A stretch of DNA of 47,738 nucleotides, from NCBI GenBank assembly GCA_946496115.1, contig CAMMFK010000001.1:1-47738 (forward strand). The letters are read 5' to 3'. This DNA is from an uncultured Clostridium sp. (lineage in GTDB: Bacteria > Bacillota > Clostridia > TANB77 > CAG-508). The stretch's first letter is position 1. Each line of letters begins with the position of its first letter. The notes below the pieces were generated by a model. The model had not been told where the DNA came from, ran no database searches, and worked only from the letters and a program-made list of their open reading frames with translations. Below, in pieces: positions 1 through 9,271 of this stretch. A program made the translations under genes and the position numbers.

Positions 1-95
1 CTTTACATTTTAGTAACAAATTTATTACAGCTGTAGGCTTTTAGCTGATTTTATTCAAAAAAGTATTAAACAGTAACACAAATTTAATCAGAAAT

Positions 96-123
96 TTGAC
101 ATTTTATTAATTTGTGTTAAAAT
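96..123 (+). promoter_or_regulatory. sigma-A-type promoter with extended -10 for the small plus-strand unit
   Basis: TTGACA at 96-101, a 16-nt spacer, then TGtTAAAAT ending at 123. Read directly from the sequence. Confidence 0.55.
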
Positions 124-151
124 AAATTTAAGATTTTTTGAGAGAAAGGGG

Positions 152-418
152 TTGTATTTTTTGGCTATTACTACATTTTCGTTTAATACTTTTGGCTACA
201 GATACACCTATGAAGTAGCTAATGATTTGTCAGACAAAGAAGCTTTACATTTTGCCTGTTTCTTAAGGAATAATATTTTACAGTTTTTTAATCATCAGAG
301 TAATGTTTTTCCAATGTTCTTTGATGTTTCCACAAAACTCCAAGAGCAAGGGTATTCTTCTTTGATTAATCGGATCGGTCGTTTAGTTACATTCACGTAT
401 CTTTCAAAATGGGAGTGA
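152..418 (+). CDS. hypothetical small protein (85-88 aa), no recognised family
   Basis: Track ORF. AAAGGGG (145-151) fits an in-frame TTG at 161 better than the TTG at 152. The stop codon lies inside a terminator stem. An open frame of this length is unusual in such AT-rich DNA. Confidence 0.4.
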   Translation: MYFLAITTFSFNTFGYRYTYEVANDLSDKEALHFACFLRNNILQFFNHQSNVFPMFFDVSTKLQEQGYSSLINRIGRLVTFTYLSKWE

Positions 419-441
419 CGCCTGTCACCCCCCTGTTTTTT
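411..441 (+). terminator. rho-independent terminator
   Basis: GGGAGTGAC-GCCT-GTCACCCCC hairpin followed by TGTTTTTT. Confidence 0.65.
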
Positions 442-468
442 ATACTATAGGAAAAATCGAATATTTTT

Positions 469-1191
469 CTAAACTTTATATAACTTGAAATCTAAATAAT
501 CACTACTTACTAGTTTGAAATTTATGCCTTCAATAATGCCTTCAAAAGCTTCTTTATGTGATTCACCGTGTAGATGGCCATAAAGACATGTTTTTACATT
601 GTAGTCTTTCATTATTTGAACATAGTTTGAAACTTTTAAGTTTTTGCTCTGATTGTTTGCATCATTCTTATTTTCTTCTATTATTGGTGGGTAATGCATT
701 ATACATATTATTTCTTTATCTCCAAAATTATCTACTCCACTTTGCAATGAAAGTTTTAGTCTTTCTTCTTCCCTGTGGTTCATCTTATCGCTGTTTTCTG
801 TATCATTTAATGCCCAGCCTCTTGTTCCTGCAATTATTTTGTCTTCGAATAAATAACTATTATTGTATACAAAGTCTATATTTTCAAATTTGTTTTCTTG
901 TAAAAATTCTCTCATTTTTGCAAGAGTTGTCCACCAATAATCATGATTCCCTTTTAGTAAAAGCTTTTTTCCTGGCAATTCATTCAAATATGCAAAGTCA
1001 TTATACATATCCTTTAAATGCATTTCCCATGAAAAATCTCCTGGAAGTATTACTAGATCATTGTCTTGTACAGTATTCTTCCAGTTTTCTTTTATTTTTT
1101 GTTCGTGATTTTTCCAGTTACCGCCAAATATGTCCATTGGCTTTTCTCTATTCAAAGATAGGTGTAAATCTCCTATTGCATATATTGACAT
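469..1191 (-). CDS. metallophosphoesterase (calcineurin-like phosphoesterase family)
   Basis: Motifs GDLH, GDF, GNHD, HYPP and GHLH in order. The preferred start is MSIYAIGDLH (ATG 1191), preceded by GGAG. The longer track start would overlap the palindrome at 1210-1261. Confidence 0.85.
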   Translation of the reverse strand: MSIYAIGDLHLSLNREKPMDIFGGNWKNHEQKIKENWKNTVQDNDLVILPGDFSWEMHLKDMYNDFAYLNELPGKKLLLKGNHDYWWTTLAKMREFLQENKFENIDFVYNNSYLFEDKIIAGTRGWALNDTENSDKMNHREEERLKLSLQSGVDNFGDKEIICIMHYPPIIEENKNDANNQSKNLKVSNYVQIMKDYNVKTCLYGHLHGESHKEAFEGIIEGINFKLVSSDYLDFKLYKV

Positions 1192-1209
1192 TTGTTCTCC
1201 AATCTCTAC

Positions 1210-1261
1210 ACACAATATATGTGCTTCCGCTACGCTAAAAGCTTTATAACATATATTGTGT
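1210..1261 (-). repeat. short member of the CAATATATGT...ACATATATTG nested-palindrome family
   Basis: Perfect 13-bp arms ACACAATATATGT / ACATATATTGTGT around a GC-richer core. On the minus strand it shares CAATATATGTT..CTTTTAGCG with the copy at 42815-42964. Confidence 0.6.
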
Positions 1262-1266
1262 TATGA

Positions 1267-2253
1267 TTATAATTTTAAATTTGGAACTGCATTTAATGTT
1301 AAGTCGTCTATTTTTCCATTTATGTAGTTGTAATACCCAGCTGATGCTATCATTGCCGCATTATCTGTACATAGATTTAAATCTGGCATGTAAACTTTAA
1401 TTCCTTGGTTTTGTAATTTTTCAAATTCACTTCTTATATAAGTATTTGCAGAAACTCCACCAGCTAGCACTATTTTATTTGCATTTGTTTTTTCTACTGC
1501 TAGTTTTACTTTTTCCATTAACATATCTGTAACTGCTTTTTCAAAACTTGCACATAGATTTTCTTTATTTATGTCTGGTTCTTTATGATGTAAGTTTATT
1601 ACAGCTGTTTTTATTCCGCTAAAACTAAAGTCCATTCCCTCTATATGTGTTTTTGGTAATTCTATATTTGGTATGCCTAAAGTAGCCATTTTATCTATTT
1701 TAGGACCTCCTGGGTATCCGAGTCCAATTACTCTTGCTACTTTATCAAATGCCTCTCCTATAGCATCATCCTTTGTTCTACCTAGCACTTCAAAATCCAA
1801 ATAATCTTTTACATATACTATTTGTGTATTTCCACCTGACATCATTACACATAAAAAAGGTGGCTCTAAATCTGGATAAGTTATGTAATTACCTGCAATA
1901 TGACCTTGTATGTGGTTTACTCCAACTAAAGGCTTTTTTAGAGCATAGCTTAAAGCTTTACCATAGGAAAGTCCTACAAGTAAAGCTCCAACTAAGCCTG
2001 GTCCGTATGTGCAGGCTACTGCATTTATTTGATTTAAGTCTATTTTAGCGTCTTGTACTGCTTTTTTTGTTACATCAGATATATTGTCTATGTGATTTCT
2101 TGAAGCTATTTCAGGTACAACACCGCCATATACAGTATGTATTGGTATTTGTGTGTTTATTACATTAGATAAAACTGTTCTGCCGTTTTTTACTACTGAA
2201 ACTGCTGTTTCATCACAACTAGACTCTATGCCTAATATGTATACATCCTCCAT
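1267..2253 (-). CDS. tsaD: tRNA N6-adenosine threonylcarbamoyltransferase TsaD
   Basis: ILGIESSCDETA N-terminus, GVNHIQGH metal site, Kae1/TsaD length (328 aa). Confidence 0.95.
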   Translation of the reverse strand: MEDVYILGIESSCDETAVSVVKNGRTVLSNVINTQIPIHTVYGGVVPEIASRNHIDNISDVTKKAVQDAKIDLNQINAVACTYGPGLVGALLVGLSYGKALSYALKKPLVGVNHIQGHIAGNYITYPDLEPPFLCVMMSGGNTQIVYVKDYLDFEVLGRTKDDAIGEAFDKVARVIGLGYPGGPKIDKMATLGIPNIELPKTHIEGMDFSFSGIKTAVINLHHKEPDINKENLCASFEKAVTDMLMEKVKLAVEKTNANKIVLAGGVSANTYIRSEFEKLQNQGIKVYMPDLNLCTDNAAMIASAGYYNYINGKIDDLTLNAVPNLKL

Positions 2254-2266
2254 TTTATTGTCCTTT

Positions 2267-3016
2267 CTATACTAGCATTTCCACAATCGAAGCTATTAAA
2301 TTTAGTAGTCCATTATTTATTAATCCAATAAGTGGACTAATTATTAATGAAGCTATTGGTGTAATCCATATAATTATGAACACTATATATAATATTCTTT
2401 CATGTGATTCAAACCAATTTCTTGCATTTGTTGGTAAAATAGCTACTAATACTTTTGAGCCATCAAGTGGTGGTAGTGGTATTAAATTGAATACTCCTAA
2501 GCCTACATTCATTGATATTATGTATACAATAATAGTAGTAATAATTTCTCCTGTTTGTGAAATCATAAAGGCTGTTCCACCAAAGGCCAGTATTAAAGCA
2601 TAAACAATGCTAAATATTACTGCTAATATTAAATTCATCACAGGTCCTGCTAAAGCTACTAAGGCATTTCCTTTTCTTAGTGTAATTGTTCTGTTAAAAT
2701 TGTTAGGATTAATTTGTACTGGTCTACCCCATCCAAAACCTGCAAATAGAAGCATAAGCATTCCTATTGGTTCCATATGTTTAAATGGATTAAGTGTTAG
2801 TCTTCCTTGTCTTCTTGGTGTATCATCTCCAAGTCTATCTGCCATCCATGCGTGTGCAAACTCGTGAAATGTCATTGCTATAATAACGCCCGGTATGCTT
2901 AGCACTAATGCAAGCAGTGCACCCGGTGTATAGATATAATATCTTAAATTTTCAGCTATTAGGATGATAACTAATATTATCATCCAAGAATTCATTCCAA
3001 ATCCTCCAAAAAACAT
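2267..3016 (-). CDS. site-2 protease family (peptidase M50) membrane metalloprotease
   Basis: HEFAH zinc motif and NLIPLPPLDG motif in a polytopic hydrophobic protein. Confidence 0.85.
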   Translation of the reverse strand: MFFGGFGMNSWMIILVIILIAENLRYYIYTPGALLALVLSIPGVIIAMTFHEFAHAWMADRLGDDTPRRQGRLTLNPFKHMEPIGMLMLLFAGFGWGRPVQINPNNFNRTITLRKGNALVALAGPVMNLILAVIFSIVYALILAFGGTAFMISQTGEIITTIIVYIISMNVGLGVFNLIPLPPLDGSKVLVAILPTNARNWFESHERILYIVFIIIWITPIASLIISPLIGLINNGLLNLIASIVEMLV

Positions 3017-3173
3017 TTTATACTTTCCTCTTATATGTTATTTACATATTCTTTCTTTTAGATTTATAAATTTTATCTTTATGTTTATATAATATTAAAA
3101 ATATCCATAAATATTTTATGAATTATATAATAATTTAGTGGTCTTACTATCTTAATTCAATAGTCGCATTATT

Positions 3174-4655
3174 CTAGTTCAAAGGTTTCATTGTTGGGAA
3201 TAACAGTATATCTCTAATTGATGCTGAATTTGTAAGTAACATTATTAATCTATCTAACCCTATTCCTAAGCCACCTGTAGGTGGAAGACCAATTTCTAGT
3301 GCATTTACAAAGTCTTCGTCCATCATACCCGCTTCTTCATCACCATTTGCTCTAGCTTCTGCTTGTTTCTTTAATCTTTCATATTGGTCTATTGGGTCAT
3401 TTAATTCTGAATAAGCATTTCCATATTCTCTTCCACCAATAAATACTTCAAATCTTTCTGTTAAGCTTGGATTATCTTTCTTTCTTTTTGTAAGTGGAGA
3501 TACTTCAACTGGATAATCCATTATAAATGTTGGTTGAATTAGTGTTTCTTCTACAAATGTTTCGAAGAATTCGTTTATTATATGTCCTCTTGTTGTTTTT
3601 CCTTCTTCTAATTCTACACCTTTTTCATCAGCTAGTTTTCTTGCTTCTTCATCAGTTTTTACTTCATTAAAGTCTATTCCTGTTACTTCTTTTATTGCAT
3701 CAATCATTGAAATTCTTTTCCAAGGTGTAGATAAGTCTAAATCTAATCCTTGATAATTTATTTGTAAAGTTCCATTTACTTTCATACATAGTCTTGTAAT
3801 TATTTCTTCTGTAATATCCATCATATCGTTGTAATCTTCATATGCTGCGTATAGTTCAACATTTGTGAATTCAGGATTATGCTTAATATCCATTCCTTCA
3901 TTTCTGAAGTTTTTGCATACTTCATAAACTTTATCAAATCCACCAACTATTAATCTTTTTAAGTTAAGCTCTGGTGCTATTCTTAGGTACATATCTATAT
4001 CTAATGTGTTATGATGTGTTTCAAATGGTCTTGCTGAGTCACCTGTGATTAGATTGTTTAGTATAGGTGTTTCAACCTCTAAATAGCCTTTTTCATCAAG
4101 TATGTTCCTTAATTCTTTTATTATCATACTTCTTTTGATGAAAGTTTCTCTAACTTCCGGATTAACTATTAAGTCTACATATCTTTGTCTGTATCTTAAA
4201 TCTGTATCCTTTAAGCCATGGAATTTTTCAGGCAATGGTTTTAAAGATTTTGTAAGTAAGGTAACTTCTTTTGCGTGAATAGATATTTCACCTGTACGTG
4301 TTTTAAATACAAACCCTGTTATTCCTATAATGTCGCCGATGTCATCTTCTTTGAATTGTTTGTAGCTTTCTTCTCCTAAATCATTTATACTAACATAACT
4401 TTGGATTTTTCCTTCACCATCTTGAATATGACAAAAAGAAGCTTTACCCATTATTCTTTTAGCCATTAGTCTTCCTGCTATGGTTACGTCTTTGCCTTCT
4501 AGTTCATCATAGTTATCTATTATTTGTTTTGTTGTATGTGTTCTATTAAATTTTGTTATTTGAAAAGGGTCTTTTCCTTCTGCTCTTAATTTATCTAACT
4601 TTTCTCTTCTAACTTGCATTAGATGATCCATATCTAATTCTTGATTCTCTTCCAT
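3174..4655 (-). CDS. lysS: lysine--tRNA ligase (class II)
   Basis: 493 aa. N-terminal OB anticodon-binding region, RYRQRYVDL, class II motifs ([14 protein letters not shown]). Confidence 0.97.
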   Translation of the reverse strand: MEENQELDMDHLMQVRREKLDKLRAEGKDPFQITKFNRTHTTKQIIDNYDELEGKDVTIAGRLMAKRIMGKASFCHIQDGEGKIQSYVSINDLGEESYKQFKEDDIGDIIGITGFVFKTRTGEISIHAKEVTLLTKSLKPLPEKFHGLKDTDLRYRQRYVDLIVNPEVRETFIKRSMIIKELRNILDEKGYLEVETPILNNLITGDSARPFETHHNTLDIDMYLRIAPELNLKRLIVGGFDKVYEVCKNFRNEGMDIKHNPEFTNVELYAAYEDYNDMMDITEEIITRLCMKVNGTLQINYQGLDLDLSTPWKRISMIDAIKEVTGIDFNEVKTDEEARKLADEKGVELEEGKTTRGHIINEFFETFVEETLIQPTFIMDYPVEVSPLTKRKKDNPSLTERFEVFIGGREYGNAYSELNDPIDQYERLKKQAEARANGDEEAGMMDEDFVNALEIGLPPTGGLGIGLDRLIMLLTNSASIRDILLFPTMKPLN

Positions 4656-4760
4656 AATATTCAGTCCTTTCTCAACTACAAAATTTTATAATTATAACTA
4701 AGCATATTTCTTATAAAATTCTGAGTTTTTACATTTATTCTCTTTTCTAACCATGGTATT

Positions 4761-4789
4761 ATTATACCTTATATTCCACTTTTTGTAAA
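4761..4789 (-). promoter_or_regulatory. candidate lysS promoter
   Basis: Minus strand TTTACA (4784-4789), 17-nt spacer, TATAAT (4761-4766). It lies downstream of the terminator at 4801-4827. Confidence 0.45.
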
Positions 4790-4800
4790 CCTTTTTTAAC

Positions 4801-4827
4801 AAAAAGCCCCCTCAAAAGAGGGGGCTT
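4801..4827 (-). terminator. strong rho-independent terminator
   Basis: Perfect 10-bp stem AAGCCCCCUC-UUUU-GAGGGGGCUU followed by U5 on the minus strand. Confidence 0.85.
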
Positions 4828-5095
4828 CCAAAGTCTCTGTACGAATTTGCTATTGCAAAAACAAAATAGGGCAAGTAGGTCATATACCAGCTATAAGTAA
4901 GCTCATGGACCGGCCAACAATGTGGCAAAACTAGATAATGTGCCCGAGACTTTGTAATGCTTCTACATTTCTGTTTTTTACTTGGAGGTAAGTATGAGCT
5001 TTGCAACGTCGTAGGGGGTTTTGATGTATATCAAAGCTTGTACTTATAAGGTATGCTTACAGAAATGTATTTTAATCGAATAATCGATCAGCACT
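4801..5095 (-). ncRNA. unclassified structured RNA (~295 nt) bounded by a consensus promoter and a terminator
   Basis: No credible ORF. Long-range perfect complementarities pair 5059-5068 with 4965-4974, 4946-4954 with 4829-4837, and 4941-4945 with 4869-4873. There are also several local hairpins. Confidence 0.55.
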
Positions 5096-5101
5096 GGAAA
5101 T

Positions 5102-5130
5102 ATTATACCATTTGTTTGCATTTATGTCAA
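5102..5130 (-). promoter_or_regulatory. consensus sigma-A promoter of the non-coding unit
   Basis: Minus strand TTGACA (5125-5130), 17-nt spacer, TATAAT (5102-5107). Confidence 0.7.
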
Positions 5131-5200
5131 CAGTTTATTTAATTTTTTCCTCACTTCATTAGAAAACTTTGTAAGAAAAAAATAATAATATTTATTTATT

Positions 5201-6820
5201 TTATGCTGATTTTCTTAATTCTATTGCATGCATTCTTGCAGTTTCAGTTATTTCACCATTAGATATTCTAGCAACTTCATTAATTACCTCATCTTCATTT
5301 AGCTTTTTAATTTGAGTGAATGTTCTACCCTCTTTAGATATTTTACTTATATAAAAGTTTTCATCACCTTTAGCACAAATGCTTGGTTGATGTGTAATAC
5401 ATAATACTTGATGGTTTTTTCCTATTAATTTAAGTTTTTCTCCAACAGATTTTGCAGCTTTTCCACTAATACCTGTATCAATTTCATCAAATATAAGTAC
5501 TGGTGTGCTGTCTGTATTGGCAAGAACCGTTTTTATTGCAAGCATTATTCTAGACATTTCTCCACCAGATGCTATTTTAGCCAATTCTTTTTCACTTTCA
5601 CCAATATTAGTTGATATATAATATTCTACTTCGTCTGTACCATTTTTGTTAAATTCTACTTGATTTATATGCGTTATAAATGTACTATTAGGCATTTCTA
5701 AGTCTGCTAATTCTTTGTTTATTTTGCTATCTAATATTTTAGCATTTGCTGTTCTAATTTCATGCATTTTATCTGCCAAATTTTGCATTTTGCTTTCCAC
5801 TTGTGCCAGATCTTGCTTTAATTTGTTATTATATTCATCTAAATTATTTATTCTGTCTATTTCTTTTTCTGTTTTTTCTTTATATTCTAGTATTTCTTCT
5901 ACACTGTTCCCATACTTTCTTTTTAAAGAATAGATTAAATCTAGTCTTTCTTCAACTTCATTTCTTTCATTTTCATCAAAATACATATCTGAATTAAGTG
6001 AAGATATATCTCTTGAAAGTTCTTGCACTTCATAATAAATGCCTTTTAGATTATTTAATGTATCATCATACTTTTTGTCTAAATCACTTATTTTTTCTAT
6101 TGCTCTTATTGCTTCATTAATTTTATCTATTGCACCTTCTCCAAGCGATAGATCTGCTTGATTTAAGCTTTTGCCTATCTTTTCTGAATTCATAAAGAAT
6201 TTTCTTTTTTCTTCTAGCTCTTCTTCTTCGCCTGATTTTAACTCTGCGTTTTCTATTTCATCAAATTCATATTGCAGAAGGCTTAATTGTCTTTGCTTTT
6301 CTTTGTCATCCCCTAGGTTAGCTTTTAATTCCTTTTTTATATCTTGTCTTTTATTATATAATTCTTTATATTCATCTTTTACTTGAAGTAAATCTTTACC
6401 TATAAAGTTGTCTAGATATTTTATATGATGCTTTGGATTTAATATTTTTTGATTGTCATTTTGACCATGTATGTCTATTATATTGCTCATAAAATCTTTT
6501 AGCTCTGTCAAAGTTACTAATCTACCATTTATTTTGCAAGAATTTCTACCATTTGAATGGATTTCTCTACTTACTATTATATTATTTTCTATTGCTAAAT
6601 CATTGTTTGGTAAATATAAATTTAGCTCAACAAAAGAATAATCCTCGCCTCTTCTTATCATTTCTTTTGAGAATCTTCCTCCACATATTATATTAATAGA
6701 GTCTATTATTAAAGTTTTACCTGCACCTGTTTCACCAGTAAGTACATTAAAGCCTTCTCCTAGCTCAATGCTTAAATCATCTATTATTCCTATATTTTTA
6801 ATATGTAGAGTTGTTATCAT
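5201..6820 (-). CDS. recN: DNA repair protein RecN
   Basis: The true start MITTLHIKNIGII follows AGGAGG. Walker A GETGAGKT, long coiled coil, C-terminal SGGE signature and Walker B LIFDEID. Confidence 0.93.
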   Translation of the reverse strand: MITTLHIKNIGIIDDLSIELGEGFNVLTGETGAGKTLIIDSINIICGGRFSKEMIRRGEDYSFVELNLYLPNNDLAIENNIIVSREIHSNGRNSCKINGRLVTLTELKDFMSNIIDIHGQNDNQKILNPKHHIKYLDNFIGKDLLQVKDEYKELYNKRQDIKKELKANLGDDKEKQRQLSLLQYEFDEIENAELKSGEEEELEEKRKFFMNSEKIGKSLNQADLSLGEGAIDKINEAIRAIEKISDLDKKYDDTLNNLKGIYYEVQELSRDISSLNSDMYFDENERNEVEERLDLIYSLKRKYGNSVEEILEYKEKTEKEIDRINNLDEYNNKLKQDLAQVESKMQNLADKMHEIRTANAKILDSKINKELADLEMPNSTFITHINQVEFNKNGTDEVEYYISTNIGESEKELAKIASGGEMSRIMLAIKTVLANTDSTPVLIFDEIDTGISGKAAKSVGEKLKLIGKNHQVLCITHQPSICAKGDENFYISKISKEGRTFTQIKKLNEDEVINEVARISNGEITETARMHAIELRKSA

Positions 6821-6832
6821 AATTTTACCTCC

Positions 6833-6846
6833 TGAACTTCTGTTCG
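6833..6846 (-). promoter_or_regulatory. LexA (Cheo-type) SOS box in front of recN
   Basis: Minus strand CGAACAGAAGTTCA matches CGAAC-N4-GTTC(G). It lies between the -10 and the SD of recN. Confidence 0.7.
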
Positions 6847-6851
6847 TATAT

Positions 6852-6880
6852 ATTATACATACATTTGTTTGTGATGTCAA
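6852..6880 (-). promoter_or_regulatory. recN promoter
   Basis: Minus strand TTGACA (6875-6880), 17-nt spacer, TATAAT (6852-6857). Confidence 0.7.
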
Positions 6881-6933
6881 GATATTTATGCAAAAAAATA
6901 AGCATGCATTATTGCATACCTATTTTTGTATTA

Positions 6934-6964
6934 TTTTACGAAAAGGACCGTCCCCAGCGTAAAA
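6934..6964 (+). repeat. 31-nt TTTTACG-N17-CGTAAAA unit (copy 1)
   Basis: TTTTACGAAAAGGACCGTCCCCAGCGTAAAA. The first 21 nt are identical to the reverse complement of 44963-44983. Confidence 0.7.
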
Positions 6965-6966
6965 TA

Positions 6967-7488
6967 TTAAACTAATTTTAAGATAACTGTTTCTGCAGCA
7001 TCCCCTCTACGTTGACCTAATTTTATTATTTGTGTATATCCACCAACTCTACCTGTATATCTTGGTGCAATTACATTAAATAATTTATCTGTTAAGTCTA
7101 TTGGAGTACCTTCATTATCTTTTACTTTATTTAATTTTGTCATCATTTTTCTTCTAGCATTTAATCTTGATGGCTTGTCTTTTTGTCTTTTTTCCATCTT
7201 TTCTTCTTTAACAACTTTTAGGAATTCTTTTCCATTTTTGCTTTTTACTAATTCAGTTTCTTTATTTCCTTTGCTGTCACGTTTTGCTTTAACAACTTTT
7301 ACTTCAACTTCTTCAAAGTTGTCTTTTTCTTTAACAGCAAGTGCTATTAAGCTATCTACTATAGCTTTAACTTCTTTAGCTCTAGCTTCAGTTGTTTGTA
7401 TTTGCTCATGCCAAATTAGGTCTGTTGACAAATTCTTTAGCATTGCTAGTCTTATGTCAGTAGTTTTTCCTAATTTTCTATTTGCCAT
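6967..7488 (-). CDS. rplQ: 50S ribosomal protein L17 (bL17) with a large Lys/Glu-rich internal insertion
   Basis: The N-terminus (RKLGKTTDIRLAMLKNL...TTEARAKE) and C-terminus (APRY..GGYT.I.KLG.RRGDAA) are canonical L17. It is 173 aa, against about 115-130 aa usually. Confidence 0.93.
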   Translation of the reverse strand: MANRKLGKTTDIRLAMLKNLSTDLIWHEQIQTTEARAKEVKAIVDSLIALAVKEKDNFEEVEVKVVKAKRDSKGNKETELVKSKNGKEFLKVVKEEKMEKRQKDKPSRLNARRKMMTKLNKVKDNEGTPIDLTDKLFNVIAPRYTGRVGGYTQIIKLGQRRGDAAETVILKLV

Positions 7489-7559
7489 TTTAACTTCCTC
7501 CTATTCTTGGTTACATTTCATAACCTTCGTTTTAGAAGATTATGAATCTATCTACTTGC

Positions 7560-8507
7560 TTATTCTTCTTCTTTGGCTAAATCTAAGCCTAAGTCATGTA
7601 ATTTTGCAATTACTTCTTCTAATGATTTTTTACCTAAGTTTTTAACTTTCATCATATCTGTTTCTGTTTTATTAGCTAAATCTCCAACTGTTGATATTCC
7701 TGATCTCTTTAAGCAGTTGAATGATCTTACAGATAGTTCTAAGTCTTCTATAGGCATTTCTAATATTTTTTCTTTCTTATTTTCTTCTTTTTCAATCATT
7801 ATTTGAGTATTTTTTGCTGTTTCTGATAAATCAACGAATAGTTTTAAATGTTCAGTAAAAACTTTTGCTGCTAAGCTTAATGCTTCATAAGGTTCTAAGC
7901 TTCCGTCTGTCCATAATTCTATTGTTAGTTTATCATAGTCAACCATTTGACCAACTCTAGTATTTTCTACTGAGTAGTTTACTTTTTTTACTGGTGAATA
8001 GATAGAATCTATTGCTATTACTCCAATTGGTTGATTTTGTGTTTTATTCTTTTCTGCAGTATTGTATCCTCTACCCATATCTGCAACCATTTCCATATTT
8101 AGCTTTCCGCCTTTTGAAACTGTTGCTATATGTAAGTCTGGATTTAATACTTCTACTGTACCATCAGTAATGATGTCTCCTGCTTTAACTTCTCCTTCAC
8201 CTTCGAAATTAATTCTAAGTGTTTTTTCTTCGTTTTTATCCATTTTTATTCTAACCATTTTTAGGTTTAAAACTATTTCAGGAACATCCTCTACTACATT
8301 TGGTATTGTAGTGAATTCGTGTTGAGCACCGTCAATTTTAACACTCTTTATTGCACATCCTGGTAATGATGAAAGTAGTATTCTTCTTAAAGAATTTCCG
8401 ATAGTGATACCATAACCACGTTCTAGTGGCTCACATACAAATTTTGCATATTTTTTTTCATCATCTATCTCCAAACATTTAATATTTGGCTTTTCGAATT
8501 CTATCAT
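7560..8507 (-). CDS. rpoA: DNA-directed RNA polymerase subunit alpha
   Basis: [11 protein letters not shown] motif, C-terminal alpha-CTD ([12 protein letters not shown]), position in the alpha operon. Confidence 0.97.
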   Translation of the reverse strand: MIEFEKPNIKCLEIDDEKKYAKFVCEPLERGYGITIGNSLRRILLSSLPGCAIKSVKIDGAQHEFTTIPNVVEDVPEIVLNLKMVRIKMDKNEEKTLRINFEGEGEVKAGDIITDGTVEVLNPDLHIATVSKGGKLNMEMVADMGRGYNTAEKNKTQNQPIGVIAIDSIYSPVKKVNYSVENTRVGQMVDYDKLTIELWTDGSLEPYEALSLAAKVFTEHLKLFVDLSETAKNTQIMIEKEENKKEKILEMPIEDLELSVRSFNCLKRSGISTVGDLANKTETDMMKVKNLGKKSLEEVIAKLHDLGLDLAKEEE

Positions 8508-8623
8508 TTTTACCTCCTAATAATTTGAGATTTATTCTCTTTATATATCCTTAGTAGTAATAAATTTTATAGTTATAATGATATAAAACTAAAAATTTTA
8601 AAATTATACTAATTAAAAACTTA

Positions 8624-9250
8624 TTATTTAGAGTAAAGCTCTACTATTAAATGCTCTTCAACTGGTAGATCTACATCTTCTCTATCAGCTAATCTGACTA
8701 CTTTACCGCTTAATTTTTCGCTATCTTTTTCTAGCCATGTTGGAACTGGTCTTGAAGCGTTTGATTCAAGTGCTTGTTTAATTGTTCCATTATCTCTTTT
8801 AATTTCTCTTACAGAGATTACATCTCCGGCTTTTACAATGTATGATGGAATATTAACTTTCTTTCCATTTACATCAAAAGCTCCATGTGTTACAAGCATT
8901 CTTGCTTGTGTTCTGGAACTAGCAAAACCTAGTCTGTATACTACGTTGTCTAGTCTGCTTTCTAGTAATTGTAGTAAAACTTCACCTGTTTTACCTTTTG
9001 TATTAGATGCCATTTCAAAGTATTTTCTGAATTGTTTTTCTCCAACACCATAGAATGACTTTGTTTTTTGTTTTTCTCTTAATTGTGTACCGTATTCAGA
9101 TAATTTTGATTTCTTTTGACCATTTTGTCCTGGAGCATAGTTTCTTCTGCTTATGCTACATTTGTCTGAATAACATCTTTCGCCTTTAAGGAATAATTTT
9201 TGTCCTTCTCTACGGCATATACGGCACTGTTCGTCCTTATATCTTGACAT
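8624..9250 (-). CDS. rpsD: 30S ribosomal protein S4
   Basis: N-terminal Cys cluster CRICRREG...CYSDKC, S4 domain, operon position. Confidence 0.96.
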   Translation of the reverse strand: MSRYKDEQCRICRREGQKLFLKGERCYSDKCSISRRNYAPGQNGQKKSKLSEYGTQLREKQKTKSFYGVGEKQFRKYFEMASNTKGKTGEVLLQLLESRLDNVVYRLGFASSRTQARMLVTHGAFDVNGKKVNIPSYIVKAGDVISVREIKRDNGTIKQALESNASRPVPTWLEKDSEKLSGKVVRLADREDVDLPVEEHLIVELYSK

Positions 9251-9271
9251 TTTATTTCCTCCTTTTTAGAA

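Noticed and set aside
558-1238. A 226-aa plus-strand ORF antisense to the metallophosphoesterase gene. Many similar antisense track ORFs exist (for example 1773-2048, 5715-5997, 7175-7645, 12000-12389, 13309-13677, 19552-20055, 30046-30645, 31411-31903, 41332-41882).
   Set aside because: They overlap confidently identified genes on the opposite strand. They have Leu/Phe/Ser-rich low-complexity translations typical of the antisense of AT-rich coding DNA. They have no SD or recognisable domains.
4812-5006. A 64-aa minus-strand ORF in the recN-lysS spacer.
   Set aside because: It has no SD, an implausible composition, and runs through the terminator hairpin. The region is better explained as a structured RNA.
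4801-5095. The idea that the RNA is a Lys T-box or L-box leader of lysS, or is 6S, SRP or RNase P RNA.
   Set aside because: I could not find the T-box 14-mer (GGUGGUACCGCG-like), a specifier/K-turn layout, the L-box AGAGGUGC/GCCGAAG words, the SRP helix-8 GGAA motif or the RNase P GAGGAAAGUCC motif. A candidate lysS promoter lies downstream of the terminator. This is not a formal exclusion, and cmscan is needed.
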